This document shows positions 41,176-50,246 of a stretch of 64,000 nt of DNA, piece after piece. The notes beneath the pieces are model-generated. The model did not search any database. It saw nothing but the letters and a program-made list of their open reading frames with translations, and was not told the origin of the DNA. This stretch comes from Truepera sp. (GTDB lineage Bacteria; Deinococcota; Deinococci; Deinococcales; Trueperaceae). Every line of letters starts with the position of its first letter. Position 1 is the first letter of the stretch. The stretch covers positions 1-64,000 of the forward strand of contig CBDCKW010000009.1 of the NCBI GenBank assembly GCA_965218435.1, given 5' to 3'. The position numbers and the translations under genes are program-made.

Positions 41176-41892
41176 GTGGACAAAACTATTTCTACCACAA
41201 CACGACCGCGCTGGCTTTTTGACGAATTTCAAGATTTTGGCTGGTCGGACATAAAAGAGATTGAGGCATATGACGAGAAATCAGGGGTCAACCCCGAACT
41301 CGAGCGTAAACGCCTGCTAGAGCTGGGAGTTGCAGAAGGCCATACACTTATTGACTTTGGCTGCGGTACGGGCGCGTTGGCTCTGGAAGCTGCGAAACTC
41401 TGCAAAAAAGTTATCGCCGTGGATGTGTCAGCAGCGATGCTCGCCTACACGAAACGTAAAGCCGAACCGCTCGGTCTAGCTAACATTGACTATGTACAGC
41501 AGGGATTTTTGACCTATCAGCATCGGGGTAAGCCTGTAGATTTTGTGTTCACGCAGCGAACCCTACATCATCTTCCCGATTTCTGGAAAGTGCAGGCGCT
41601 TCAGCATATGGCAGACGTGCTTAAACCTGGCGGCACGATGTTCGTCAGAGATATTTTGTTCTCGTTCGAGCCGCATGAAACTGATGACGCGGTAGAAGCT
41701 TGGGTCAGCAGCCGTCCCGCCAACAGTTTCCCGCGTGAGTTTTTTGAATACGACATCCGCGAGGAGTACATCACTTTTACCTGGCTGTTTGAGGCAATGT
41801 TAGAACGCGTCGGCTTTGACATCAAGGGAGTGTCGTACGGTGACTATCAGGCTTATGCTAAATACGTTTGTGTGGAAAGAAGCGATGGGTAA
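41176..41892 (+). CDS. Class I SAM-dependent methyltransferase
   Basis: LIDFGCGTG, AVDVS..ML, LHHLPDFWK, LKPGG. Confidence 0.88.
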   Translation: MDKTISTTTRPRWLFDEFQDFGWSDIKEIEAYDEKSGVNPELERKRLLELGVAEGHTLIDFGCGTGALALEAAKLCKKVIAVDVSAAMLAYTKRKAEPLGLANIDYVQQGFLTYQHRGKPVDFVFTQRTLHHLPDFWKVQALQHMADVLKPGGTMFVRDILFSFEPHETDDAVEAWVSSRPANSFPREFFEYDIREEYITFTWLFEAMLERVGFDIKGVSYGDYQAYAKYVCVERSDG

Positions 41893-41898
41893 AAAAGT

Positions 41899-41932
41899 AA
41901 CGAGCAGTGAGGTTTAGTCCCTACTGCTCGTT
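41899..41932. terminator. Hairpin terminator between convergent genes; its 5' arm is duplicated at 41122-41134
   Basis: aacgagcagt...actgctcgtt. Confidence 0.65.
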
Positions 41933-41947
41933 GTCATAAGTGCCTCT

Positions 41948-42871
41948 CTATTTGCGCACGCGCACGCCCTGTTTTTCATCCCACTGAAGAATCTTGTCAC
42001 TCTTCGGGAGCGGCGCTTCGGGTACTTGACCTACCGAAACACCCTCGCGCCAGTCTGCCGGACAAATAGCAATGTAACGGGCATAGCCGCCCAAACCACC
42101 TTTGAATTTGGGAAAACCGATATTGATTAGGCATCCGGTCGCGGGTACTTTATCGAGATTTGCTACACCTTCGGCCTGGGCGTAGCCGTGGTGCATCAGC
42201 CAATCTTCGCCCTCGAGCGTGGGCGTCGCGTCGGTATCCAAGGGTTCGTGACCGTGAAAGAGGATATGGCGCTGCTGATGCAAGAATTTCAAGGCAGGCA
42301 GGGATACACCGGGGAAGACTGTCTGAGTCGCAAGCGCAGGGTCGGGCCACGCTTTGGACCAGTCCGAGCGCACCATCACCACCGATCCTTCAGGAATCCT
42401 GCCGTTTTTGCGCTCCCACTGCTTGATGTCGGCAACTTTTAGGCTGTAACCTGGGTTTTTACTGACTTGAGGGACAATCGAGATAACTACCAGCGGACGC
42501 ACGGCGTAGGTTGCGGGCAACTCATCTATAGCCGGGTACTCCGGTGCCCAGTGCGCGGGTGGGTCGAGCTGAGTACCGTACTGGTCGGTACTAAGTTGGT
42601 ACTGCGTCGCCTCAAAACCGTCTTTGTCGTAGCGGTAAGGCTGTCCCGTCTCCGGGTTGACGGTCGGCCCGAATTCGGCGGGGCCAAATCCCTTCCACAC
42701 GGGAATCGAGGGCGTCAGGGTATGCGTGAGGTCAATATATTTAGCGGTTCTAAGTGCCTGGTTATAGACCGACCAGAGCCCCGGTGCGTTGGTCGGGGGT
42801 GCAGCGACGGCAACTTGAAGTAGTATGACGACGCCTAGAGCAGCAAGCATAGGTAAGGGTGCTTTGGTCAT
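41948..42871 (-). CDS. Secreted cyclase family (kynurenine formamidase-like) protein
   Basis: Signal peptide; IDLTH, GTQLDPPAH, GHEPLDTD, E...NLD.VP. Confidence 0.85.
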   Translation of the reverse strand: MTKAPLPMLAALGVVILLQVAVAAPPTNAPGLWSVYNQALRTAKYIDLTHTLTPSIPVWKGFGPAEFGPTVNPETGQPYRYDKDGFEATQYQLSTDQYGTQLDPPAHWAPEYPAIDELPATYAVRPLVVISIVPQVSKNPGYSLKVADIKQWERKNGRIPEGSVVMVRSDWSKAWPDPALATQTVFPGVSLPALKFLHQQRHILFHGHEPLDTDATPTLEGEDWLMHHGYAQAEGVANLDKVPATGCLINIGFPKFKGGLGGYARYIAICPADWREGVSVGQVPEAPLPKSDKILQWDEKQGVRVRK

Positions 42872-42924
42872 AAGGTCCTTTCAACGCCTCTAAATATCTG
42901 TGTTGTCCTCTTTAGTTCCAGCTT

Positions 42925-44169
42925 TTACGGCATCGGATAGTCTGCCGTCAGCGCCTTGACCTCACCCCGAATCACTGCCGCGTCTTCACCCTTCAGCGTC
43001 CGGTCAATCAGGTCGGCAATCTGTGACATCATTTCTTCGGTAAAGCCCCTCGTCGTCAGTGCGGGTGTCCCGATACGAACGCCCGAAGTCACAAACGGCG
43101 AACGGGTGTCGAACGGTACGGTATTTTTGTTGACGGTAATCCCCGCCGCGTCGAGCAAGTTCTGCGCCTTTTTGCCGCTGATGTCTTGTGCGGTTAAATC
43201 CACCAAAAAGTTATGGTTGTCGGTTCCGCCCGAGACGATGCGGTAACCCTTAGTCGTAAGCGCCCCCGCTAGCGCCTGCGCATTCTTAACAATCTGCTGC
43301 GCGTAGACCTTGAATTCAGGTTGCAACGCCTCGAAAAAAGCGACGGCTTTACCGGCGATGACGTGCTCCAAAGGCCCTCCCTGCGAGCCGGGAAAGATCA
43401 TCTTGTCAATGCGTTTGCCGAGGTCTTCATCGTTTGATAAGATGATGGCGCTGCGCGGCCCCCGTAAACTTTTGTGCGTTGTCGTCATGACCACATGCGC
43501 GTGCGGAAAGGGGCTCGGATGAACGCCGCCCGCGACCAAGCCGGAGATGTGCGAGATGTCGGCGAGCAGGGTTGCGCCTACCGTATCGGCGATGTCACGG
43601 AATTTGGCGAAGTCAATGGTGCGGCTGTAGGCCGTTGCCCCGCAGATGATGAGTTTGGGGCGGTGTTCTTTGGCAAGTTCCAGCGCCCCGTCGTAATCAA
43701 TCCGCTCGGTTTCTTTGTCCACTTTGTACGACACGACGTTGTAAAGGATGCCCGACAGGTTGACCGGGCTGCCGTGCGTCAGGTGCCCGCCGTGCGAGAG
43801 GTCGAGGCCCATAATGGTGTCACCGGGCTCGAGCAAAGTGTGGTAAATGACATGGTTGGCCGTCGAACCCGAATGCGGTTGCACGTTGGCCCAGCTGCAG
43901 CCAAACAGCTCTTTGGCCCGTTCAATGGCGAGCGTTTCAACTTCGTCTACGACTTCACAACCGCCGTAGTAGCGTTTGCCGGGGTAGCCCTCGGCGTATT
44001 TGTTCGTCAGGACGCTGCCGACGGCTTCCATCACCTCGGGTGAGGTAAAGTTTTCCGACGCGATCAGCTCTAAACCGTCGCGTTCACGCTCGAACTCACG
44101 CTCGATAAGCTCAAAAATCTTGTCGTCACGCTTGCTGGTGTTCATTTTGCGAGGGGCCGTGGTTGTCAT
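42925..44169 (-). CDS. glyA: Serine hydroxymethyltransferase
   Basis: [48 protein letters not shown]; start moved to ATG 44169 (TATACT-N6). Confidence 0.98.
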   Translation of the reverse strand: MTTTAPRKMNTSKRDDKIFELIEREFERERDGLELIASENFTSPEVMEAVGSVLTNKYAEGYPGKRYYGGCEVVDEVETLAIERAKELFGCSWANVQPHSGSTANHVIYHTLLEPGDTIMGLDLSHGGHLTHGSPVNLSGILYNVVSYKVDKETERIDYDGALELAKEHRPKLIICGATAYSRTIDFAKFRDIADTVGATLLADISHISGLVAGGVHPSPFPHAHVVMTTTHKSLRGPRSAIILSNDEDLGKRIDKMIFPGSQGGPLEHVIAGKAVAFFEALQPEFKVYAQQIVKNAQALAGALTTKGYRIVSGGTDNHNFLVDLTAQDISGKKAQNLLDAAGITVNKNTVPFDTRSPFVTSGVRIGTPALTTRGFTEEMMSQIADLIDRTLKGEDAAVIRGEVKALTADYPMP

Positions 44170-44197
44170 GCGGTGAGTATAGCAAGCTTTGCCGGGT

Positions 44198-44701
44198 TTA
44201 ATCGCCCCAGACAACCCCTGCCAATTTACCGGCTTCATAGTGCGCGACGCCTAGCCCCACAAAACCATGTTGTGGGGCTCGAGCTACATCTTTGACGAGT
44301 TCGGGCAGCACGTGCGCCGTCGTTTCGATGACGTCTAAGGCCGCAAAATCCTCCGGTAAAACCCAGCTGAGTGTTCCTTCGGTACAGTCCGGCAGCGTGT
44401 AGTGCTTCAAGTCCGCCGTAAAGTAAAAGAGCACGGTCAGCGGTTCGCCGGGGCGGTTGTGGGTCAGCATTCGCCGTAAAGTGAGGTGCTTTACGTCGTC
44501 TTCTTCCAAGCCCGTTTCTTCGGTAAGTTCGCGCAAAACTGAGCCGCGCAGGTCACCGAGTTCATCCGGTTCGACGCGTCCGCCCACGCCGGTGTAACGG
44601 TTCGGTTGCAAACGTTTTTTTGCGGAGCGTTTGAGCAAGAGCCATTTGCCGTCAAACAGCAAAAAGAGCGTGGTGTAGTGTATGGCGGCGTTACTCGGCA
44701 C
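44198..44701 (-). CDS. NUDIX hydrolase
   Basis: GGRVEPDE...[11 protein letters not shown]udix box; probable GTG start at 44701. Confidence 0.85.
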   Translation of the reverse strand: MPSNAAIHYTTLFLLFDGKWLLLKRSAKKRLQPNRYTGVGGRVEPDELGDLRGSVLRELTEETGLEEDDVKHLTLRRMLTHNRPGEPLTVLFYFTADLKHYTLPDCTEGTLSWVLPEDFAALDVIETTAHVLPELVKDVARAPQHGFVGLGVAHYEAGKLAGVVWGD

Positions 44702-45215
44702 GGCTCGAGATGTCCTGAACGAACGTGTGTTTGCCGTCCGTATAGGCTTCGCGGTCTTTAGGGAAATGTTTAGCAAGCTGTTCTTTTAATGTCTGGTACT
44801 TAGCCGCTGTTTCGGGATGTGTTCTTAAATAATCTCTGAAAAAGATCATCTCGTGCCACTGCGTATGGGTGCGCTCCAACATATGCAAGTGATGCGTCCG
44901 GTTGTCGTCTGGGCCTTTAACGAAATAGTGTCTGCGAGGAATACCGTGTTCACCACGAAAGGTGTAGCCGAGTGCTTCTAAAGGTTCAACGAACGTAAAC
45001 GCGGCGTCAAAGTCCTCTACGCCGACGCCGATATCTAAAATTGGCTTGGCTTGGAGGCCGGGAACGGCGGTGCTACCGATATGCTCAATAACGGCGTCAT
45101 CGCCTAAAACAGTTTTCAACCGTAAACGTTCCGCTTCAAACAGTTCGGTCCACACCTCGTTGTGGGGCTCGAGCCTGACAGTGTATCGTCCCAGACCAAG
45201 GGGTTCTTTCGCCAC
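44691..45215 (-). CDS. GrpB (UPF0157) family nucleotidyltransferase-like protein
   Basis: EHIGSTAVPGL.AKPILDI, FRDYLR, Y..LK..LA, YTDGK. Confidence 0.9.
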   Translation of the reverse strand: MAKEPLGLGRYTVRLEPHNEVWTELFEAERLRLKTVLGDDAVIEHIGSTAVPGLQAKPILDIGVGVEDFDAAFTFVEPLEALGYTFRGEHGIPRRHYFVKGPDDNRTHHLHMLERTHTQWHEMIFFRDYLRTHPETAAKYQTLKEQLAKHFPKDREAYTDGKHTFVQDISSRAE

Positions 45216-45230
45216 GGCCTATCGTAACGT
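45216..45230. promoter_or_regulatory. Overlapping bidirectional -10 elements for two leaderless genes
   Basis: Plus strand TATCGT-N5-ATG (45231); minus strand TACGAT-N5-GTG (45215). Confidence 0.6.
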
Positions 45231-46205
45231 ATGGATTACGTCAATTTAGGCAACACCGGCCTCAAAGTCTCACGTATCTGCCTCGGCATGATGTCTTACG
45301 GCACCCCCGAATGGCGCGACTGGGTTTTGAATGAGGACGACAGCCGACCCTTTATCCAGCGGGCGTTAGAACTCGGCCTCAACTTCTTCGATACCGCCGA
45401 CGTGTACTCGCAAGGGGTCAGCGAAGAGATTACCGGACGCGCCCTTAAAGACTTCGCTCGCCGTGATGAGATTGTCATAGCCACCAAAGTCTTCGGTGCG
45501 ATGGGGGAGAAACCGAACCAACAGGGCTTATCACGTAAACACATCCTGGACGCGTGTGACGCGTCGCTTAAACGCCTCGGCACCGATTATATTGACCTCT
45601 ACCAGATTCACCGCTTCGACCCCGAGACGCCCATCGAAGAGGCGCTTTCGGCGCTTGACGAGTTGGTGCGTTCGGGCCGCGTGCGTTATCTAGGCGCGAG
45701 CAGCATGTTCGCCTACCAGTTTGCGCAGATGCTCTACACCGCTGACCTCGGCGGCCTGCACCGGTTTGTCAGTATGCAAAACCACTACAACCTCATCTAC
45801 CGTGAGGAAGAGCGTGAGATGTTGCCTTTATGCGAGAGTGAAGGCGTCGGGGTGATTCCGTGGAGTCCGCTGGCTAGAGGCTACCTGACCCGGAGACCGA
45901 GTGAAAAGGGTGCGACGACGCGCGGTAAGTCGGACGGGATGGCGCGGGATTGGTACGACCAAGAGAGCGACGACGCGGTAGCTGAAGCGGTCGTAACGCT
46001 TGCTGAAGAACGGGGCGACGCGCCCGCGCAGGTGGCGCTGGCGTGGCTTCTCCATCAGCCCGTGGTGACTGCGCCGATTATCGGGGCGACCAAGATGAAG
46101 CACTTGGAAGATGCGGTCAAGGCGACTGAACTGTCTTTATCGGAGGATGAAATAGCGGGGCTCGAGCGACCTTACCAACCCCATCCGGTCAAGGGGCACG
46201 GCTGA
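45231..46205 (+). CDS. Aldo/keto reductase
   Basis: LG.TGLKVSRICLG.M, FFDTADVYS.G.SE, DYIDLYQIHRFD, PWSPLARG. Confidence 0.95.
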   Translation: MDYVNLGNTGLKVSRICLGMMSYGTPEWRDWVLNEDDSRPFIQRALELGLNFFDTADVYSQGVSEEITGRALKDFARRDEIVIATKVFGAMGEKPNQQGLSRKHILDACDASLKRLGTDYIDLYQIHRFDPETPIEEALSALDELVRSGRVRYLGASSMFAYQFAQMLYTADLGGLHRFVSMQNHYNLIYREEEREMLPLCESEGVGVIPWSPLARGYLTRRPSEKGATTRGKSDGMARDWYDQESDDAVAEAVVTLAEERGDAPAQVALAWLLHQPVVTAPIIGATKMKHLEDAVKATELSLSEDEIAGLERPYQPHPVKGHG

Positions 46206-46232
46206 CGTGTTTCTACGCTGCAATATTCGCTG

Positions 46233-46874
46233 ATGGAACCTCAGCACCTCGCTGAACTCCACCCGACGCTCTACCACATGGCGGACGTGCGCAACTGGGC
46301 CAGTATTCAGCGTTACGGCCTGCTGAGTATCAGTGCGCTTTTAGACCAGTACGACGTTTCCGGCGTGCGGCGAGACGCGCTCGAGTCGGCCCGTCGCCCG
46401 GTTACGGTTCCGCTTGTCTCCGAAGGCAAGACGGTTTATGTCCGTGATCAGCACCCGCTCGACCCGGCTGCGTTAGAGGCGTGTTTAGATGACTTGTCAC
46501 CCGAAGCGTGGTACCGCCTGCTCAACGCCCGCGTCTTTTTTTGGCCCACGCGTGAGCGTTTAGAGCGGATGCTCAAAGCGTATGGACGGAGTGAACAAAC
46601 TGTCTTCGAGGTTGATACACGTGCGTTACTCGGGCGCTACGCCCCCGAAGTTGAGCTTTCACATATCAACTCCGGCTACGCGAGCAAGCGTTATCCCCCG
46701 GCTAGACGAGGCCCAAAAACGTTTGTACCACTGCTTAGTTATACCTACTCAGCACGAAACAAGATCGCTGAGGTGACCGTCCCTTATGCCGTACCCAACA
46801 TTTTCGACGTTACAAAGCGTGTTGTGCTCGAGCAGCCGGGGCAGGAGAACCGTACGCTTTGGCAACGCGCCTAA
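46233..46874 (+). CDS. Hypothetical protein (DUF7002-like), resembling DarT-type ADP-ribosyltransferases
   Basis: LYHMADVRNWASIQRYGLLS, RDQ.PL, WY.LLN.RVFFW, IAEVTV. Confidence 0.55.
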   Translation: MEPQHLAELHPTLYHMADVRNWASIQRYGLLSISALLDQYDVSGVRRDALESARRPVTVPLVSEGKTVYVRDQHPLDPAALEACLDDLSPEAWYRLLNARVFFWPTRERLERMLKAYGRSEQTVFEVDTRALLGRYAPEVELSHINSGYASKRYPPARRGPKTFVPLLSYTYSARNKIAEVTVPYAVPNIFDVTKRVVLEQPGQENRTLWQRA

Positions 46875-46876
46875 AC

Positions 46877-48772
46877 TCAGGCAGCAATATCGTCTATGAG
46901 AGACCCACTGATATACGTTTTAAGTTGCCGCCGAATGGTGCTGTGGTCGGATACGAGCGCGGCTTCTTGCAGGTTTTTCACCGTGCGGTCAAGGGCCTCG
47001 AGCTCTAAGGGTGAAGGCTTGGCAACAAAAATCTTTTCGTGCGCCGTCGCGCCGCCCTTTTCTTCATTGGTCATCAGCTCTTCATAGAGCTTTTCACCGG
47101 GGCGAATCCCCGAGTAGGCAATCTGAATGTCCACGTCGGGTTCAAAACCGGAAAGTTTGATCAGGTCCCTGGCCAAGTCAACGATACGAACCGGCTCGCC
47201 CATATCGAGGATGTAAATCTCACTGTTGCGGCCCTGTCCGGCGGCCTGCATCACCAGCTGCGAGGCTTCGGGAATCGTCATAAAGTAGCGCGTCATCTCG
47301 GGATGGGTCACGGTCACCGGCCCACCTGATAAAATCTGCTGCTTAAAGACCGGAATGACGCTGCCCCGGCTGCCTAAAACATTCCCAAACCGGACCGAGA
47401 CGAACTTTTGTTCCGGCTGGGCTCGGAGCGACGCGCTCTGCACAATCTGCTCGATCACGCGCTTTGACGCGCCCATCACCGAGGTGGGGTTCACAGCTTT
47501 ATCCGTTGAGATATTGACGAAATGCGAAATCCCGTATTTGAGCGATAAGGTGACCAAATTGCGCGATCCGATGATGTTGTTAAAGACCGCTTCTTCGGGG
47601 TTGAGCTCCATCAGCGGGACGTGCTTGTGCGCCGCTGCGTGAAAGACGACCTGCGGCCCGTAACGGCGAAACACGTAGTCGAGCCGGACGATATTTTGCA
47701 CGTTGGCGATCACGCTGTGATACGGAATATCGGGCCAATCACGGTCGAGCTCGCGCTCCAAGGTGTAGATGCTATTTTCGCCGCGGCCAAATAAAATCAG
47801 CTCTTTGGGCCGAAACCGGCAGATTTGCCGGACCAACTCGGAGCCGATTGAACCTCCTGCGCCGGTGACCATGACGACTTTATCGGTGATGTAGTTGGAA
47901 ATCGCGGTGCTGTCGAGTTCAATCGGGGGGCGGCGGAGCAGGTCTTCGATCTGCACTTCGCGGATCCGGTTGATGCCGACCTGACCGCTTAACAGTTCGT
48001 AGACACCGGGCATAATGCGGTACTTAAGGCCCGCTTTGGCCCCTTCGATACGGCCGACGATCTGACGAACGACCCGGCCATCTGACGAGGGTAAAGCAAT
48101 CAGTACCTCGTCAACCTTGTGGTGCTGCACGATCCGGTTGATATTGGCGATCGCACCCAAAACCGGGACGGTAGCGATGCGGTATCCGAGCTTTTTAGGG
48201 TCATCGTCTAAAAAACCGACGGGCCTAAGGCCCATTTCGGGGTGCCGGAGCATCTCGCGGACGATCAGCGTCCCGGCTTCGCCCGCGCCAATCACCAGCA
48301 CTGCTTTGCGCCGCTCCTCGCCCCCGGGTTGACCCAACCGGGCCTCGTGACGAAAACGCGCAGCGGCCCGGACACCCGACATGATAAATAAGGTGAGCAG
48401 GCCGTCTAAGAGGGCAACCGAACGGGGAATCCCGGTCACCGGGCCAAACCAGAGCAGCAGGGCGCTGCCGATTATAGCGACGCTCGAGACCATCCTTAAA
48501 AGGTTGCCCACGTCACGAAACGCCAGCCGCGACCAGCTGCGGCGGTAGAGACTAAAAAGATAAGCCGCGCCCGCTTTAAGGCTAAAGAGCCCAAGGGTGG
48601 CAATGATGACGGCGCTCCACGAAGCGCCGGGAAAGTTCCAATCGTACTTGACCAAAAAGGCGAGAGGCGTCGAGACAAGCCAGCCGAGCGCGTCGATGAC
48701 GACCTTGTTACGAGCAAAATGACTCGGTTCTCCCCACGGGTTTTTTTCGTGTATCTTTTCGTTAGGCGGCAC
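46877..48772 (-). CDS. Membrane-bound nucleotide-sugar 4,6-dehydratase (CapD/PglF/WbpM type)
   Basis: N-terminal TMs, GAGEAG, VTGAGGSIGSEL.RQ, HAAAHKHVP..E, STDKAVNPT.VMGASK, RFGNVLGSRGSV; start at GTG 48772 with SD gagggag. Confidence 0.93.
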   Translation of the reverse strand: MPPNEKIHEKNPWGEPSHFARNKVVIDALGWLVSTPLAFLVKYDWNFPGASWSAVIIATLGLFSLKAGAAYLFSLYRRSWSRLAFRDVGNLLRMVSSVAIIGSALLLWFGPVTGIPRSVALLDGLLTLFIMSGVRAAARFRHEARLGQPGGEERRKAVLVIGAGEAGTLIVREMLRHPEMGLRPVGFLDDDPKKLGYRIATVPVLGAIANINRIVQHHKVDEVLIALPSSDGRVVRQIVGRIEGAKAGLKYRIMPGVYELLSGQVGINRIREVQIEDLLRRPPIELDSTAISNYITDKVVMVTGAGGSIGSELVRQICRFRPKELILFGRGENSIYTLERELDRDWPDIPYHSVIANVQNIVRLDYVFRRYGPQVVFHAAAHKHVPLMELNPEEAVFNNIIGSRNLVTLSLKYGISHFVNISTDKAVNPTSVMGASKRVIEQIVQSASLRAQPEQKFVSVRFGNVLGSRGSVIPVFKQQILSGGPVTVTHPEMTRYFMTIPEASQLVMQAAGQGRNSEIYILDMGEPVRIVDLARDLIKLSGFEPDVDIQIAYSGIRPGEKLYEELMTNEEKGGATAHEKIFVAKPSPLELEALDRTVKNLQEAALVSDHSTIRRQLKTYISGSLIDDIAA

Positions 48773-49172
48773 GGTTCTCCCTCGTGGCCGGTTTTGCCCG
48801 GCGTGGGACAGCTCTACTGTAACGCATCGGGCCACGCACCGGGTAGGGGCGCGTCAGCGGGTGCCGAGCGGTTGGGCGAGTTGACGAGACAGCTTGCGCT
48901 AGCTGAGGTAGTACCATAAAACCCTTCGTAAATGTCAGCTACCCGTTAGCGCAGCGTCTTTGCAGTTTAGCGGCGACAGCCCGCCGGACGCTGTGACGCC
49001 TGACGCGCTCCAGCGTCCTAGTTAAACCCCCGACAGCTCAGACTTTTGGGTGTACGCTGACACTTCGCACGTGTGTTTCAGCATGTTTCACATATGTTTA
49101 TAGCGTGTTTGTAGCAGTCACGCCACCTTTGCGGTGTGGTAAAAAGGACGCTGATACGCGTTGGGAGAGGGT

Positions 49173-50231
49173 ATGAACACGCTACTGACGAGCGCCGGTA
49201 GGCGAAGCGAGTTGGTCGAGTACTTTCAAAAAGCGTTGCGTCGGCGCACGGACGGTCCAGGGGACAGCCGTGTGTTTGCTGCCGCTGCGCGTATAGGCGC
49301 ACCGGCACTGCAAGAAGCAGACGACGCAGTGATCGTGCCGCCGGTCGGTGACGTTCACTATATAAACGCGCTGCTCGAGTTCGTCCAAGAGGCGCAGATC
49401 GGCTTGCTCGTCCCCTTGAGCGTTTACGAACTGCCCTATCTGGCCGCCGCTCGAGACCGTTTTGCCGAGGTCGGAACACAGGTCGTGATCTCGTCGCCGG
49501 AAGTTATCCTGCGCTGCGCCGACAAATGGCAGACCTACACTTTTTTACGCGCACAAGGGCTTCGTACTCCTAAAACGTACCTCGCGCCCTCCGAAGCACT
49601 AAAGGCGCTGGCAGCGGGTAAACTCAGTTTTCCGCTGGTCCTTAAACCGCGCTGGGGAGCGGGGTCTGTGGGACTCGAGTTTCCTGACAACGAAGCCGAA
49701 TTAGAGCTGGGCTACGATCTCCTAACGCGCCGCCTCGCCCGCACGACCTTAGCCGGTCCCGTAGTGCTTGACGCGCCGGTAAAAGGCTCACTACCAGCTG
49801 AGCAGACCGTTTTAATCCAAGAGTTTGTTGTCGGTGACGAGTACAGTTTAGAGGTAGTCAACGACCTCTCAGGCCGCTACGTTACGACCTTGGCTGCTCA
49901 AAAACTGTCCCTCTGGGGCGGCGAAACAGCCGGTGCCGTCACTGTCACAGACGAACGCTTAGCTGCGCTGGGCCAAATCCTCGCTCAGGCATTGGGACAT
50001 ACCGGCCCACTGGCGTGTGACGTCTTTTTGGGGGCAGACGGCGCGAGTGTGGTAGAACTTAACGCCTGTCTGGGGAGCAGCTATCCTTTTGTCCACGTCG
50101 CCGGAGCCGACCTGCCGGCTGCGCTACTCGCGTGGGCAGGGGGTGAAACGCCCGACCCGGCGTGGCTCCGCGCCGAGGCCGGAGTGAGCTCGGTGCGCTC
50201 GAGTCGGCTACTGCTCGTCTCTCAGCGTTAA
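49173..50231 (+). CDS. ATP-grasp protein (CarB-like type found in polysaccharide loci)
   Basis: LTSAGRR..LV..F, C.DKW.TY.FL, KPRWG.GS.G, IQEF..G.EY, ELN. Confidence 0.8.
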   Translation: MNTLLTSAGRRSELVEYFQKALRRRTDGPGDSRVFAAAARIGAPALQEADDAVIVPPVGDVHYINALLEFVQEAQIGLLVPLSVYELPYLAAARDRFAEVGTQVVISSPEVILRCADKWQTYTFLRAQGLRTPKTYLAPSEALKALAAGKLSFPLVLKPRWGAGSVGLEFPDNEAELELGYDLLTRRLARTTLAGPVVLDAPVKGSLPAEQTVLIQEFVVGDEYSLEVVNDLSGRYVTTLAAQKLSLWGGETAGAVTVTDERLAALGQILAQALGHTGPLACDVFLGADGASVVELNACLGSSYPFVHVAGADLPAALLAWAGGETPDPAWLRAEAGVSSVRSSRLLLVSQR

Positions 50232-50246
50232 GGCTACAACTTGACC

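Noticed and set aside
49173..50231. ATP-grasp gene as a RiPP (graspetide) ligase or true carB
   Set aside because: No precursor peptide is nearby, it is far shorter than CarB, and its context is polysaccharide biosynthesis.
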